This document shows positions 18,379-28,798 of a stretch of 64,000 bases of DNA, piece by piece. Below the pieces are notes generated by a model. That model was given only the letters and a program-made list of their open reading frames with translations, made no database searches and was not told the origin of the DNA. The stretch's first letter is position 1. Each line of letters begins with the position of its first letter. The position numbers and the translations under genes were made by a program. Source of the stretch: Armatimonadota bacterium (lineage in GTDB: Bacteria; Armatimonadota; SYMT01); NCBI GenBank assembly GCA_041690135.1, contig JAWLHY010000006.1:326337-390336 (forward strand). Reading direction: 5' to 3'.

Positions 18379-18597
18379 CTACGCTTCCCCTGCCGGCACG
18401 GACGAGACGCCCGGCTGCCGGTGGGCCGCGTCGAGGGATGCAGCCATTTTCTGAAAGTAGCCGAGAACGAAGGTCCGGTTCACCCAAACCGTTTCACGCC
18501 GGAGCTCCTCCGCCGGCCGCTCCCCCCGCTGCGCGCTCTCCAGGGTCCGAAGGACGGCGCGGGCCAGGCGAGCGGACCGCGCATCAGCCTCATCATC
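18379..18597 (-). pseudogene. Start-less 72-codon frame continuing in frame after the TGA of the pentapeptide gene
   Basis: DDEADARSARLARAVLRTLE...VWVNRTFVLGYFQKMAASLD...*; GC3-rich. Confidence 0.4.
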
Positions 18598-19581
18598 TCA
18601 AAATTGGAACGCCACGAACCGCTGCCAGCCCGGCAGGACTGCGCTCACCGCCTCGGCCAACGGCGTCTCCAGTAACGGGCCCCGGATCACCTGAACTCCA
18701 GCGGGCGTGCCCGTCACCACCCGGCCCGCGAACAGCGACAGCAGCACCTCGGTGTGGATCCGATTAACTCCCGCATCGAGGAACGTTACCACGCGCGTGA
18801 AGTACGCTTCCACGCTCAGTTCCTGGCGGAACGCCTCAACCCAGTCGAAGGTGGAGGCCACCACCCACCACCCTTCCAGGTCCCCCACCAGCACTGGCGC
18901 GTCACTGGCGACCTGCAGGTCCGCCAGCAACTGCCGGACCAGCACCGGGCCACTGACTTCCCCGGTCCCCAGAAACAGTTCCGGGCGATGGCGGAGGACA
19001 GCGAGGGCTATGTCCGGCTTACGCTCGCCGGCGAACGGTGTGGCCGGGCTCGACTTTCCCTCCTGGGCAGAAGACACGACTACGATCCGTCCATCCTCGC
19101 GCGCAACCGCGCCCAACGCACCCGGGTCGAACCCTTCGGGCCAGAGGGTCGTCCGATCGTAACTGGCTCCCGCCAGAAAGGCGCGCTCCACGCCCACGCC
19201 ACGCAGGTCGGCGCCCTCGAGACGAGCGTTCTCCAGATGCACCCGATCCAGGCGCGCTCCGGCACAGGAGGCCTCCCGCAGGTCCGCTCCGTTGAACTGC
19301 GCGCCGCTCAGCCAACCCGCGTCGAAGCGCGCGCCCACACACCGGGCCAAGCGCGCATCAGCCCCAACCAGGTTGGCGCCTGTAAAGTCGGCTTCCGAGA
19401 GATCGGAACCGGTGAGGAAGGCGCCGCGCGCGTTGGCGTTTCGGAACCGGGCACGGCGGAGGTCCGCGAACTCCAGCCGCGCGCGGTGGAGCTCCTGGCC
19501 GCTCAAGTCAATCCCGACCAGCGAGTCGCCCGGCACATCCAGCCACTCGCCCAGTTCAGGGGCACGCCGGATGCGGATCAT
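18598..19581 (-). CDS. Pentapeptide-repeat protein with unrelated C-terminal domain
   Basis: A(D/N)Lxx repeats, then ASYDRTTLWPEGFDP; about 150-aa C-terminal globular domain. Confidence 0.85.
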   Translation of the reverse strand: MIRIRRAPELGEWLDVPGDSLVGIDLSGQELHRARLEFADLRRARFRNANARGAFLTGSDLSEADFTGANLVGADARLARCVGARFDAGWLSGAQFNGADLREASCAGARLDRVHLENARLEGADLRGVGVERAFLAGASYDRTTLWPEGFDPGALGAVAREDGRIVVVSSAQEGKSSPATPFAGERKPDIALAVLRHRPELFLGTGEVSGPVLVRQLLADLQVASDAPVLVGDLEGWWVVASTFDWVEAFRQELSVEAYFTRVVTFLDAGVNRIHTEVLLSLFAGRVVTGTPAGVQVIRGPLLETPLAEAVSAVLPGWQRFVAFQF

Positions 19582-19615
19582 TCCGGTGTCTCGATTCCCG
19601 CTATCATCGGAAGAG

Positions 19616-19895
19616 CTAGATTCCCTCTATCGGGATCCCGAAGTACTCCGCCACCCGTTTGCGGCCGCGTGCGCCGGAAGCGCACTCCACCATCTGGCCG
19701 TCCTTCCAAACCCCGACCATCGGCGAGTGGTACACCGTTTGCACATCCATGCCGGGAATGTACCGGTCCAGGTGCTCCTGCGATTGCCATGCGTCGTCGA
19801 CAGAAAAGTACTCGACGACGTGGTGCTCCTGTGGACCGATTCTGGGGAAGCAGTCGGGCCAGGAACAGGGTAATATTCGGAAGTCGTTCCATCAT
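19616..19895 (-). pseudogene. Frameshifted small hypothetical gene
   Basis: MMERLPNITLFLARLLP continues, after skipping one base in the C4 run (19844-19847), as RIGPQEHHVVEYFSVDD...YIPG...HSPMVGVWKDG...FGIPIEGI*. Confidence 0.5.
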
Positions 19896-20014
19896 CCGAC
19901 ATGCCTTACAATCGCGGTGACCGAATCACCTTCACGAACTGCGCACTATGCCGATAATGGACGTGGTCCGAGATGTACGTTCGCTCACGACGCCCGCCTG
20001 AGAACCGGAACCTG

Positions 20015-21643
20015 ATGAAAAAGCTCCCCCAGCACTGGCCCGCCGCTCTCGTCCTGCTCCTCCTGGGGCTGGCGCTCTGGGGACTGACCGCCGAGTCGCG
20101 CGGCCAGAACGAGGGGCACCTGGCTTATGCCCTCGACGACCCCTACATCCACATGGCGCTGGCGAAGAACCTCGCCCGGCACGGCGTGTGGGGGGTGAGC
20201 CCGTTCGAGTTCAGCTCTTCTTCGTCGTCGCTGCTCTGGACGGGCCTGGTCGCGCTGGGCTACGTCGTACGCGTGGACGAAGCGCTGCCGTTCGTCTTGA
20301 ACCTGTTGGCCGCGGTCGGCTTGATCGGCGTTGGGCACTGGATCCTGCTGCGGCGGAGGGTGCCGCCCCTCTACGCGTGCGTGGCGCTCCTGATCACGGC
20401 GTTCGCTACCCCCGTCCCGGCGCTCGTCTTCACCGGCCTGGAGCACCTGCTCCACGCCGTCCTCGTCCTGCTGTTCGCCTTCCTGGTGGAAGAGGCGCTG
20501 GTGGCGCCGGAGGAACGGCTGGCCGGCCGGGGCGGGGTGCCACTCTGCGTCACGGCCGCCTTGCTGGTAATGTCCCGCTTTGAGGGGATGTTCCTGGTGT
20601 TCGTCGCCTGCGTGCTGCTGGTCGCGAGGGGACGGCGGATGCACGCCTATGCCATCGCCGGATGTGGGTTGCTGCCGGTCATCGCTTACGGAGCGGTCTC
20701 GGCGGCGCAGGGCTGGTACTGGCTCCCGAACTCCGTTATCCTGAAGGGGCAGTTGCCGGACCTCGGCACGACGGAGGGGCTGGTGGAGTTCCTGGGATAC
20801 GCGGCCTACCGGCGCCTGATCGAGGCGCCGCACCTGCTCTTCCTGGTGGTTGCCGCCGTGGCGGCGCTCGTACACACGGGGGGGCGCGGCGGCAGTTCCG
20901 GACGCGCCTGGCAGCCGGGCTCCCTCGGCCTGGGGCTCTTCCTGGCGACCGCGCTCCTGCACCTGCAGTTCGCCCGCACCGGCTGGTTCTACCGGTACGA
21001 GGCCTACCTGGTCGCGTTTGGACTGATCGCCCTCACCGTCGCTCTCTTCGGTCGTTCGCACGCGGCAGAGGAACAGGAGACGAAAGCGTCCGGAAAGTGG
21101 CAGCGCGGTGTGGCGGGCGGGCTCCTCGGGATCCTGCTCCTGGTTCCGCTCGGCGAGCGCGCCTCCCGCTCGGCGGCGCTGACTCCGGACGCCACCCGCA
21201 ACGTCTACGAGCAGCAGTACCAGATGGGCCGGTTCCTGCGGGAGTACTACCGCGGGCAGGCCGTGGCGGCGAACGACATCGGCGCCGTCACCTTTCTGGG
21301 CGACGTGCGGATCCTCGACCTGGTGGGGCTGGCCAGTATGGACGTCGCGGAGCGGGTACGGGCCGGGGAGTACACGGGCGACCACATCGACGCCTTCGCC
21401 CGCAAGCGCGGGGTGAAGGTCGCGGTGGTCTACGACCCCATGTACCAGCGCGACGGCCAGAGTTCCCTACCGCGGCACTGGGTGCGGGTGGGCCAGTGGA
21501 AGATCCAGCGCCGCGTGATGGCCGCCTACGACACGGTGTCGTTCTACGCGGCGGATCCTGCGGAGGCGGAGCGCCTCGCGGCCTGCCTCCGCGAGTTCGC
21601 GCCGCGCCTGCCCAAGACGGTACTCCAGCGCGTGGGCGAGTAA
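20015..21643 (+). CDS. Polytopic membrane protein, GT-C-like glycosyltransferase
   Basis: First loop YALDDPYIH; many TMs; GLEH, SRFEG; C-terminal NDIGA...ILDLVGLA. Confidence 0.7.
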   Translation: MKKLPQHWPAALVLLLLGLALWGLTAESRGQNEGHLAYALDDPYIHMALAKNLARHGVWGVSPFEFSSSSSSLLWTGLVALGYVVRVDEALPFVLNLLAAVGLIGVGHWILLRRRVPPLYACVALLITAFATPVPALVFTGLEHLLHAVLVLLFAFLVEEALVAPEERLAGRGGVPLCVTAALLVMSRFEGMFLVFVACVLLVARGRRMHAYAIAGCGLLPVIAYGAVSAAQGWYWLPNSVILKGQLPDLGTTEGLVEFLGYAAYRRLIEAPHLLFLVVAAVAALVHTGGRGGSSGRAWQPGSLGLGLFLATALLHLQFARTGWFYRYEAYLVAFGLIALTVALFGRSHAAEEQETKASGKWQRGVAGGLLGILLLVPLGERASRSAALTPDATRNVYEQQYQMGRFLREYYRGQAVAANDIGAVTFLGDVRILDLVGLASMDVAERVRAGEYTGDHIDAFARKRGVKVAVVYDPMYQRDGQSSLPRHWVRVGQWKIQRRVMAAYDTVSFYAADPAEAERLAACLREFAPRLPKTVLQRVGE

Positions 21644-22050
21644 GGGGTTCGTGCTAGTAATTGGGCAGTTACCATTTACCAAAGTACGGCCGCGCAAGCG
21701 CCGTCACTCCGGCAAGCCTCGCGGACCTGAGTGGAGAAACAGGTTCGTGCCGAGTGTCCAGAAACTGTTCAGATACTTCGCCCAATCTCGTAGTGTACGG
21801 GTCGGGATCCGGCACGGAAAGGGGTCGATCGGCAATCTGGGATACGGGGACAAGGGCGCAAGGAGCCGGACTATCGTCCGGACTCCCCTCCCGCCCCAAG
21901 ATTCGGCTGCACGTCAATAGGTTGGAGCACGCAGAAGTCGCAAACCCTGGGGACACCCAGGCCCAACTCCCAATCCGTTTCCATCCGTTCGATCCGTGTC
22001 CTCCGTATCAAGAAGGGGATCAGGTCTACACGAAGCGTGTCCCGCTTTCC

Positions 22051-22096
22051 AGCCTCTTCATCCTCATCTTAATCATCATCCTGATCGGCCGAAGGC
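22051..22096 (-). repeat. CTTCG(G)CCGAT.AGGATGA head plus GATGAG/GATTAA hexamer tract overlapping the nagA stop
   Basis: Reverse complement matches the two heads at 62212 and 62349. Confidence 0.55.
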
Positions 22097-23251
22097 AGCC
22101 CGGCCCTTGACCCACGTCGCCCGGCAACGGGAGTCCGGCCCCAGGAGGATCACGTCGGCGTCCTTACCGGCTTCCAGGGAACCTTTGCGCTCGGCGCACC
22201 CGGCGATCCGGGCGGGGATCAGGCTCGCCATGCGGACCGCGTCCACGCGGCTCACGCCGCCGAACGCCATCGCGTTCCCGATCGCCCGGTCCATCGTGAG
22301 AATGCTGCCGGCGATGGTGCCGTCTTCCAGCACGCAGACGTTCCCCTCCACCCGCACCTTGTGTGGGCCGAGGGTGTGCGTGCCCTCTGGGAGCCCGGTC
22401 GCGGAGAAGGCATCGGTGATCAGGGCGGCGCGGTCCGGGCCCTTGGTCTGGAGGCAGAGGCGGACGATGTGGGGATGGAGGTGGACACCGTCCGGGATCA
22501 CCTCCGCCAATACCGAAGGCTCATTCAGGCAGGCGGTGATGACGCCGGGGTCGCGGTGGTGGATCGGGCGCATCGCGTTGAAGAGGTGGGTGGCATGCGT
22601 GGCGCCCGCCGCAATCCCCTCCAGGGCCTGGTCGTAGGTTGCGTCCGTGTGCCCGATGGAGGCGATGATCCCCTCCGCCACCAGCAGGCGGATCAGCTCC
22701 AGCCCGCCGGGCAACTCCGGCGCGAGGGTCATCACCCGCATCAGCCCCTGCGAGGCCAGGAGGAGTTCCCGCACCTCGTCGAAGTCCGGGTCGCGGACCC
22801 CTTCCGCGGGCTGGGCTCCCTTCCGCTTCATGTTGATGTAGGGGCCCTCGACGTGCAGGCCCACGATCTCCGCACCGTCGGTGGGGTTCTGCTGGGCGGC
22901 CACGCAACCCTCGATCGCCGCCATCAAATCCGAGTGGCGAGCCGAAATGGTGCTGGGCAGCCAGGCCGTGGTGCCGTACTGGGGAAAGCGCGCGGAGATC
23001 CGGCGGACTCCCTCCGCCCCATGCAGCATCACGTCATCGCCGTGGGTGCCGTGGACATGGGTATCGATCAGGCCCGGCAGAACGAACAGGCCGGTCGCGT
23101 CGACCTGCGTGGCCCCTTCGGGGATATCGGCGCCGGAGCGGGGACCCGCATAGGCAATCCGGTCCCCTTCCAGCAGCACCAGCGCGTCGGGCACCTCCCG
23201 GTCCGGAAAAACCGCGGTCCCGTTCACAATAGCGGTAACATCTTGAGGCAT
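22076..23251 (-). CDS. nagA: N-acetylglucosamine-6-phosphate deacetylase
   Basis: PGLIDTHVHG, GLHVEGPY, TLAPE, GHT, THLFNAM, DGVH, LITDA, IAGS. Confidence 0.95.
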   Translation of the reverse strand: MPQDVTAIVNGTAVFPDREVPDALVLLEGDRIAYAGPRSGADIPEGATQVDATGLFVLPGLIDTHVHGTHGDDVMLHGAEGVRRISARFPQYGTTAWLPSTISARHSDLMAAIEGCVAAQQNPTDGAEIVGLHVEGPYINMKRKGAQPAEGVRDPDFDEVRELLLASQGLMRVMTLAPELPGGLELIRLLVAEGIIASIGHTDATYDQALEGIAAGATHATHLFNAMRPIHHRDPGVITACLNEPSVLAEVIPDGVHLHPHIVRLCLQTKGPDRAALITDAFSATGLPEGTHTLGPHKVRVEGNVCVLEDGTIAGSILTMDRAIGNAMAFGGVSRVDAVRMASLIPARIAGCAERKGSLEAGKDADVILLGPDSRCRATWVKGRAAFGRSG

Positions 23252-23439
23252 GGGCGGAATAACGGTGAGAAGTCCAGGCTAGCGCCCGGGAATGAGTCCG
23301 CCCTCATTATAGAACACCGCTCCGCGCCCCGGTGGTTGCCCTTACTGGATCAGGAGGTAGTCCCAGATGAATGCGGGTACAGGGCTTCACGGCAGGATCT
23401 CAACTACGGATTTGCCTGCGCTCATCAACTCCACGCCGA

Positions 23440-23464
23440 GGGCAAGCACGGCGGCTGCCCCTAC
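23440..23464 (-). repeat. GTAG-type REP-like palindrome
   Basis: Minus strand GTAGGGGCAGCCGCCGTGCTTGCCC; degenerate partner ccccggtggttgccc at ~23327. Confidence 0.55.
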
Positions 23465-23563
23465 ATTTTCATCTTTCCATGCTGAAGTCGGCTACCCGTC
23501 CGATAACGAAACGGGGTTCACAATCCCGACTTCGGCATCCTGATCCCAATCGTAATTCCTATC

Positions 23564-25774
23564 CTAGTCCGTCAGACCGGAGTATTCGCTGATGATTTTT
23601 TCCAGCCGCCGCCGCGCCTCGTCCATGCCCGTGGCCATCTCCTCGCTCAACTCGGCGCGACGGCTATCCCCTCGCCTCCCGTACTCCTGGGCGAGCTGTC
23701 TCCATAGGAACTCCTCCTCGCTCCGAAGGTCGCGCTCCGTCTGGGCGGACCACGGCGCTCCGAACATGTAGGAGACGGGGTTGTCGTCGTGGAGCCGGCG
23801 GCGCTCGGCCAGCAGACAGGCGGCCCGGCGGCGGTGCTCGAAGGCCTCGTCCGCGCGCCCCTCGCGCTCGGCCACGTTGGCCAGGGTGACCCGCGCCCGG
23901 GCGAAGCGGTATTCCCGGACCTCACCCAGGGCGCGAACCTGTCCGGCGGGAGAATCTTCCACTTCCACGATCTTGCGATAGGCGGCGAGGGCGCGATCCC
24001 GCTCCCCCTGCCGCTGCAGCAGCTCCGCCACGCTGTAGAGGAGATGGACATTCCGCGGCGTGTGACGCAGCGCCTCGCGATAGGTCTCCAGCGCCATGTC
24101 CGGGCGCTCCTGGTAGTTCCGCAGCACTGCCAGGAAGTCGTAGCCCGCCGCGCGGTCGGGCGCGAACCGCACGGCACTCAGGCCCGCGACGATCGCCTTG
24201 TCCCACTGGCCCAGGGCGGTGTAGGCCCGGCGCTGCTCGTCGGCGACCCGGTGGTCCAGAGGCAGCAGCGTGGCCGCGGTGCTCAAGGCTTCGACCGCCT
24301 CCGTGGGGTTCCGCTGCGCCAGCTCGTGCCGGCCCACGGCGAGCAAGGCGCACCCAAACGCCTGGCTTCCCGTGAGGAGCAGTCCGACCGCCGCCAGCGC
24401 GGTCCCGATCGTGCGTCCCAGATCCCGCGTGGACCCAACGGCTGCCGGAGAAGTCGCTTCCGTCCCCCGCTTCGCCCCTTTGCCACGGGGCTTAGCAGCG
24501 GGCCGATCGCTTTCCCCTGCGGTTTCGGAGGCGGAATCCGGAGTCGCCACCCGAAGAGGAGGCGGCGCCAGGGTGAGGCCCAGGAGGCACCACGTCAGGA
24601 GCGCGATGGCGGGGACATACAGCAGCGAGTCGAAGACGTTGTGCACCCCGGCTGCCACCACCGCCGCGCCGGCGCCCGGCAGCCAGGTCCAGCCCAGTTC
24701 ACGAGGCAGACGCACCGTATTGATGACCGCCCAGAGGCCGAGGAGCGCCAGGACGACCGGCGCGACGTATCCCTGTTCCGCCAGCAGTTGCAGGTACGAG
24801 CTGTGGGCGTGGCGGGTGTAACTCGCAATGGCATGCGGCTCGAAGGAAGTCTCGAAGGCCCCCGCCCCCCAGCCCGTGACGGGCCGCTTCTGGCCCATCG
24901 CCAGCGCTCCCTTCCAGGTGAGGATGCGGAACTGGCTCGACTCGGCCGAGGCCGCCATGCGCGTCTCGGGGCAGAGCTCCGGCGGGAGCAGCGTGTACGA
25001 GCCGCCGGTTTGCCGGCCGCGAATCGCTCCGGAGGTCGCCAGGGAGATGGCGGCCAGCACCACGAGCAGCACCCCCAGCCGCGCCCAGGCACTGCGGTCG
25101 CGCCCCAGGCCCCGCAGCGCGGCGAACAGGACGAGCGCGACCAGACCCACCCCGAAGGAGAGCAGCCCGCCTCGTGAGCCCGTGGCCAACAGCGCCCCTC
25201 CGATGGCGGCGGTCACAAACCCGAGGGCGAGTGTCCACATCCACGGCTTGAAATCCCGGGGCAGGAAGAACGCGCACCCGAGCACCAGGAGGAGCGAAGG
25301 CGCCAGGAAGCCCGCGAAGAAGTTCGGATTGGCGAACTGCCCGAAGGCGCGCCAGCCCAGGTCCCCCTGCCGCACGCTGAAGAGGTACTCGCGCAGGCCG
25401 AGCGCCCCCGCGAGGAACGCCCCCACCAGGATGGCGGTCACAAGGCGACCACCCCCGCCGCGCGCGGCACTATCGGCCGCCAGCCACCAGAGGCAGGCGT
25501 ACGAAAGGTAGAGGACGACCTGCAGCACCGTCGCACCCCGGTTCGCCGAGCCCGGCGCGGAAACCAGGGCAAGGACCAGGAACACACCCACCAGCCAGGC
25601 CCCGCGCGGAATCCGCAGCGGGGGAAGACCGGGGAGAAGACACCGGAAAAGGAGTGCGACCCACGCCAGGCAGGAGAGCCAGAGACCGGGACCCGGGTCG
25701 AGGTTCCCGGCGGTAAAGGGGGCGATAACCAGAGCCAGCCAGAGTGGAGCTTCCACCAACCACGCGGGGGTCAC
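23564..25774 (-). CDS. O-antigen ligase-family membrane protein with C-terminal TPRs
   Basis: FANPNFFAGFL, TGSRGG, R...W, GWGAGAF, HAHSSYLQ; TPR-like helices; GTG start overlaps the GT2 stop. Confidence 0.85.
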   Translation of the reverse strand: MTPAWLVEAPLWLALVIAPFTAGNLDPGPGLWLSCLAWVALLFRCLLPGLPPLRIPRGAWLVGVFLVLALVSAPGSANRGATVLQVVLYLSYACLWWLAADSAARGGGGRLVTAILVGAFLAGALGLREYLFSVRQGDLGWRAFGQFANPNFFAGFLAPSLLLVLGCAFFLPRDFKPWMWTLALGFVTAAIGGALLATGSRGGLLSFGVGLVALVLFAALRGLGRDRSAWARLGVLLVVLAAISLATSGAIRGRQTGGSYTLLPPELCPETRMAASAESSQFRILTWKGALAMGQKRPVTGWGAGAFETSFEPHAIASYTRHAHSSYLQLLAEQGYVAPVVLALLGLWAVINTVRLPRELGWTWLPGAGAAVVAAGVHNVFDSLLYVPAIALLTWCLLGLTLAPPPLRVATPDSASETAGESDRPAAKPRGKGAKRGTEATSPAAVGSTRDLGRTIGTALAAVGLLLTGSQAFGCALLAVGRHELAQRNPTEAVEALSTAATLLPLDHRVADEQRRAYTALGQWDKAIVAGLSAVRFAPDRAAGYDFLAVLRNYQERPDMALETYREALRHTPRNVHLLYSVAELLQRQGERDRALAAYRKIVEVEDSPAGQVRALGEVREYRFARARVTLANVAEREGRADEAFEHRRRAACLLAERRRLHDDNPVSYMFGAPWSAQTERDLRSEEEFLWRQLAQEYGRRGDSRRAELSEEMATGMDEARRRLEKIISEYSGLTD

Positions 25775-26808
25775 TGATCTTCCTCTTTCCCTTGCGGCTT
25801 TCCGCCCGGACCTTTGCCCATCCACCGATTCAGCGCGATGCGGCCTCGAGCCTGCGCCCGGATCACTTCATTTCGAAGCAGCGTCAAACCCGCGCGCGCG
25901 GCCAATCCGCCGCCCAACAGAACCCGGCCGTAATGCTTATGGCCGAGGGCGGTGTACCGGCAGAAATAGATGTAGGCGCTCTCGTGATGCATCAGGATCA
26001 TCCGCTTCGGACGCCGGTCGCTGCTCCGGCCGATCTCGTGGATCACCTCCGGCTCGGGAATGTAGTGGACTTCCCATCCGGCCTGATGCGCGCGCATGGC
26101 CCAATCGACGTCCTCGAAGTACATGAAGTAGCTCTCGTCCAGGCCCCCGATCTCGCCGACCATCTCCCGCCGTGCCATCAGGCAAGCTCCGGAGAGCCAG
26201 TCTACCTGCCGCGGCTCCGCGTGGTCCCACTCCTTCATCAGGTAGTCCTGGGTGAACCGGTTGCGGGGCGCCAGCCACTCGAACGGCGTGTTCCGGAAGA
26301 CCCCGGCGCCGAAGGAAGGGAACCGGCGGCAAGAATACTGGAGAGACCCGTCCGGGTTCAAGAGTTTGGGCGCGATCAGGCCGGCGCGAGGATGCGCGTC
26401 CGCGTAGGCGACCAATTGATCGAGCCACCCCGCCCGCACCACCGTGTCGGAGTTCAGCAGCAGGAAGTACCGGCCGGCGGCGTGCCGGTAGGCAATGTTG
26501 TTCCCCCCGGCAAAACCGACGTTCGGCGTCTGGCGCACCAGGCGGGCCTGCGGGAACTCCGCTTCCGTCATCTCCGCGCTGCCGTCGAGCGACTGCTGGT
26601 CGACGACGATCACCTCCCAGGAAACCCGGTCCGGCGTGAAGTCCGTAAGCGGTTGACCCGCCCGTTCCCAGGCAGCGAGCACTTCCGGATCCCGGGGCTG
26701 ATAGAGCGAGGCCAGGCACCGTCGCAGATAGCCGCGTGCGTTCCAACTGACGATCGCAATGCTGACGTCCGGAACCACTGCAGGCGGATGCTGCACTTCA
26801 GTCATCAC
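25771..26808 (-). CDS. GT2 family glycosyltransferase (WbbL-like)
   Basis: VSIAIVSWN, NVGFAGGNN, LLLNSD, WLSGAC, FMYFEDVD. Confidence 0.92.
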   Translation of the reverse strand: MMTEVQHPPAVVPDVSIAIVSWNARGYLRRCLASLYQPRDPEVLAAWERAGQPLTDFTPDRVSWEVIVVDQQSLDGSAEMTEAEFPQARLVRQTPNVGFAGGNNIAYRHAAGRYFLLLNSDTVVRAGWLDQLVAYADAHPRAGLIAPKLLNPDGSLQYSCRRFPSFGAGVFRNTPFEWLAPRNRFTQDYLMKEWDHAEPRQVDWLSGACLMARREMVGEIGGLDESYFMYFEDVDWAMRAHQAGWEVHYIPEPEVIHEIGRSSDRRPKRMILMHHESAYIYFCRYTALGHKHYGRVLLGGGLAARAGLTLLRNEVIRAQARGRIALNRWMGKGPGGKPQGKEEDQ

Positions 26809-27202
26809 CGGCCGCCTTTAACCATGGGCCCCAGATAGCCGTTGGGCCTGATCCGGTCAATCGCCCCCCTCCGGGCAATTCTCCCGCATCACGAATGACG
26901 TCCCTGCCCGAAAGCCGCATTCTTGCCTTCCCACCGCCCAGTAGTGCGTCCCTTATGCATCACGCATCAGCAACGACCCCAACCAAACTTTAGCCCCCAC
27001 GGACACCGACCCGACCTGTGCCGCAGACCTCACGTTTCACGTTTTCCTCATCTGTCCGCGGCCGGATCTCCCGCCATCGCACCCGCCCCGCACGAAAGAT
27101 ACGCATCCCGCCTCACTCAGCATCCTTTACGGACGGCCGCCGTTAAGATAACAGGAAAGCGTTGAGCCTGGCTCGGCCGGGTAAGCAGAAACCGGATACG
27201 GA

Positions 27203-28777
27203 ATGAGCGGAGACATGATGCGACAAGCTGTCAAACCGGGTACCGTCCTGCGGGCGCTGGTGCCACATATCCTCTTACTGGTCGTGGCGTTCCTATGCCT
27301 CCCGGCTGGGGCCGTCACCGTCGAGGAAGTGGAGCGTTCCCTGGAGCGAAACCGGCGCGTCTACGATTTCGCGGGAGTGCTTCCCCAGCAGGACAACCAG
27401 CGCATCCGCGAGCAACTGGCCCGGCTGGAGCAAGAGGGCCTGGCGGAGGGCGCCGTCGTCATCGTGGACCGGCTCGAGAACGGCACCATCGAGGAGTACG
27501 CGCTGCGGATCGGCGAAGCGTGGAAAATCGGACGCCGTGACGTCGATAACGGATTCGTGATCGTCGTCTCCATGCAGGACCGCAAGTGGCGGGCGGAGAT
27601 CGGCCGCGACCTCCAGGGGACGCTCCCGGACGTGACGGTCAACCAGATCATGCGGAACGAATTGGTTCCCGCGCTGCGCCAGGGGCGTTACGGGGAGGGG
27701 TTCACCGGCGTGCTGGAAGCTTTCCGCACGCGACTGGAGCGAGCCGGAGGCGTCGAGGCACTGCCGGTGCGCTCACCGGAGCGCGGCCCCTCCCCTATCC
27801 TCGGGTTCGTCACCTTCCTGCTGGGAACGGGCACCGTGGTGCTGGCGTTCCGCGCCTGGCCGCGCGGCTCCACGCCCGGCACGGACGGCACCCGCCTTCC
27901 GGCCATCCTGATGGGCTTCGCCGCCCTGGGAACCGCCGTGCTGGCGGCCAGCCAGGGACGTGGTGGATTGACGGCAATGGTCGTCTTCGCTTTGCTTCCG
28001 GGTACTTACGCGGCATTCCGCACGCTGGAAGGCGCGTGGACTCCGGTCCACCTGGACGATGTCCAGGCGGTGCAGAAGCGGTTCACCGGGACGTACTGGA
28101 TCGCACTCGTGGTGGGCACGCTCGTCCTCCTGGTTGGTTTTGGCTCCGCCTGGGCGTTAGGGTTCCTGGTTCTCGGGGTCCCGCTGGGCTTTGCCCTCCG
28201 CAGGTACTTCCAGCGCGTGCCGCGGAAGTGCCCCGAGTGCGGCGGCGCCCTACGCTGGCTGCCGGAAAATGAAGAAGCGCAGTTCCTCCGGGAAGAAGAA
28301 AACCTGGAACAACGGCTGGGGAGCGTGGACTACGATATCTGGCGCTGCGCGTCTTGCAACCGGAGCGCGGTATTCGGACATCACCAGGCGGCCACCCAGT
28401 ACACCAACTGTCCGCGGTGCCACCGGCACACGCTCACCCGGCGCTCCGTGGTCGAGCAGCAACCGAACGCGTGGACGGCGGGCACCATCAGTGATATTAC
28501 CGAGTGCCGGAACCCGGCCTGCGGCTACCAGGATGTCCAGCGGCGAGACCTCCCGCCCCGTGGCGGAGGTGGGTATCGTGACTACGATGACGGCTTCGAC
28601 CGAGGGCCCGGCATCATCATCCTTCCCCCGATCTTTGGCGGCGGCTGGGGCGGCGGACATCACGGCGGACACTCCTCCGGCGACGCGGGAGGCGGGTTCG
28701 ACGTGGGCGGCATTGATGTGGGAGACTTCGGGGGCGGCGGCGGCTTCGATGGCGGCGGCGCTTCGGGCGACTGGTAG
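27203..28777 (+). CDS. TPM-domain membrane protein with Zn-ribbons and Gly-rich tail
   Basis: VYDFAGVL, WKIGRRDVDNG; TMs; CPEC/CASC/CPRC/CRNPAC; FGGGGGFDGGGASGDW. Confidence 0.88.
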   Translation: MSGDMMRQAVKPGTVLRALVPHILLLVVAFLCLPAGAVTVEEVERSLERNRRVYDFAGVLPQQDNQRIREQLARLEQEGLAEGAVVIVDRLENGTIEEYALRIGEAWKIGRRDVDNGFVIVVSMQDRKWRAEIGRDLQGTLPDVTVNQIMRNELVPALRQGRYGEGFTGVLEAFRTRLERAGGVEALPVRSPERGPSPILGFVTFLLGTGTVVLAFRAWPRGSTPGTDGTRLPAILMGFAALGTAVLAASQGRGGLTAMVVFALLPGTYAAFRTLEGAWTPVHLDDVQAVQKRFTGTYWIALVVGTLVLLVGFGSAWALGFLVLGVPLGFALRRYFQRVPRKCPECGGALRWLPENEEAQFLREEENLEQRLGSVDYDIWRCASCNRSAVFGHHQAATQYTNCPRCHRHTLTRRSVVEQQPNAWTAGTISDITECRNPACGYQDVQRRDLPPRGGGGYRDYDDGFDRGPGIIILPPIFGGGWGGGHHGGHSSGDAGGGFDVGGIDVGDFGGGGGFDGGGASGDW

Positions 28778-28798
28778 GGACAACCGAAAAGAGCGGAA

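Noticed and set aside
21651-22050. Short ORFs between the GT-C gene and nagA
   Set aside because: No RBS, codon bias or family motif that I can support
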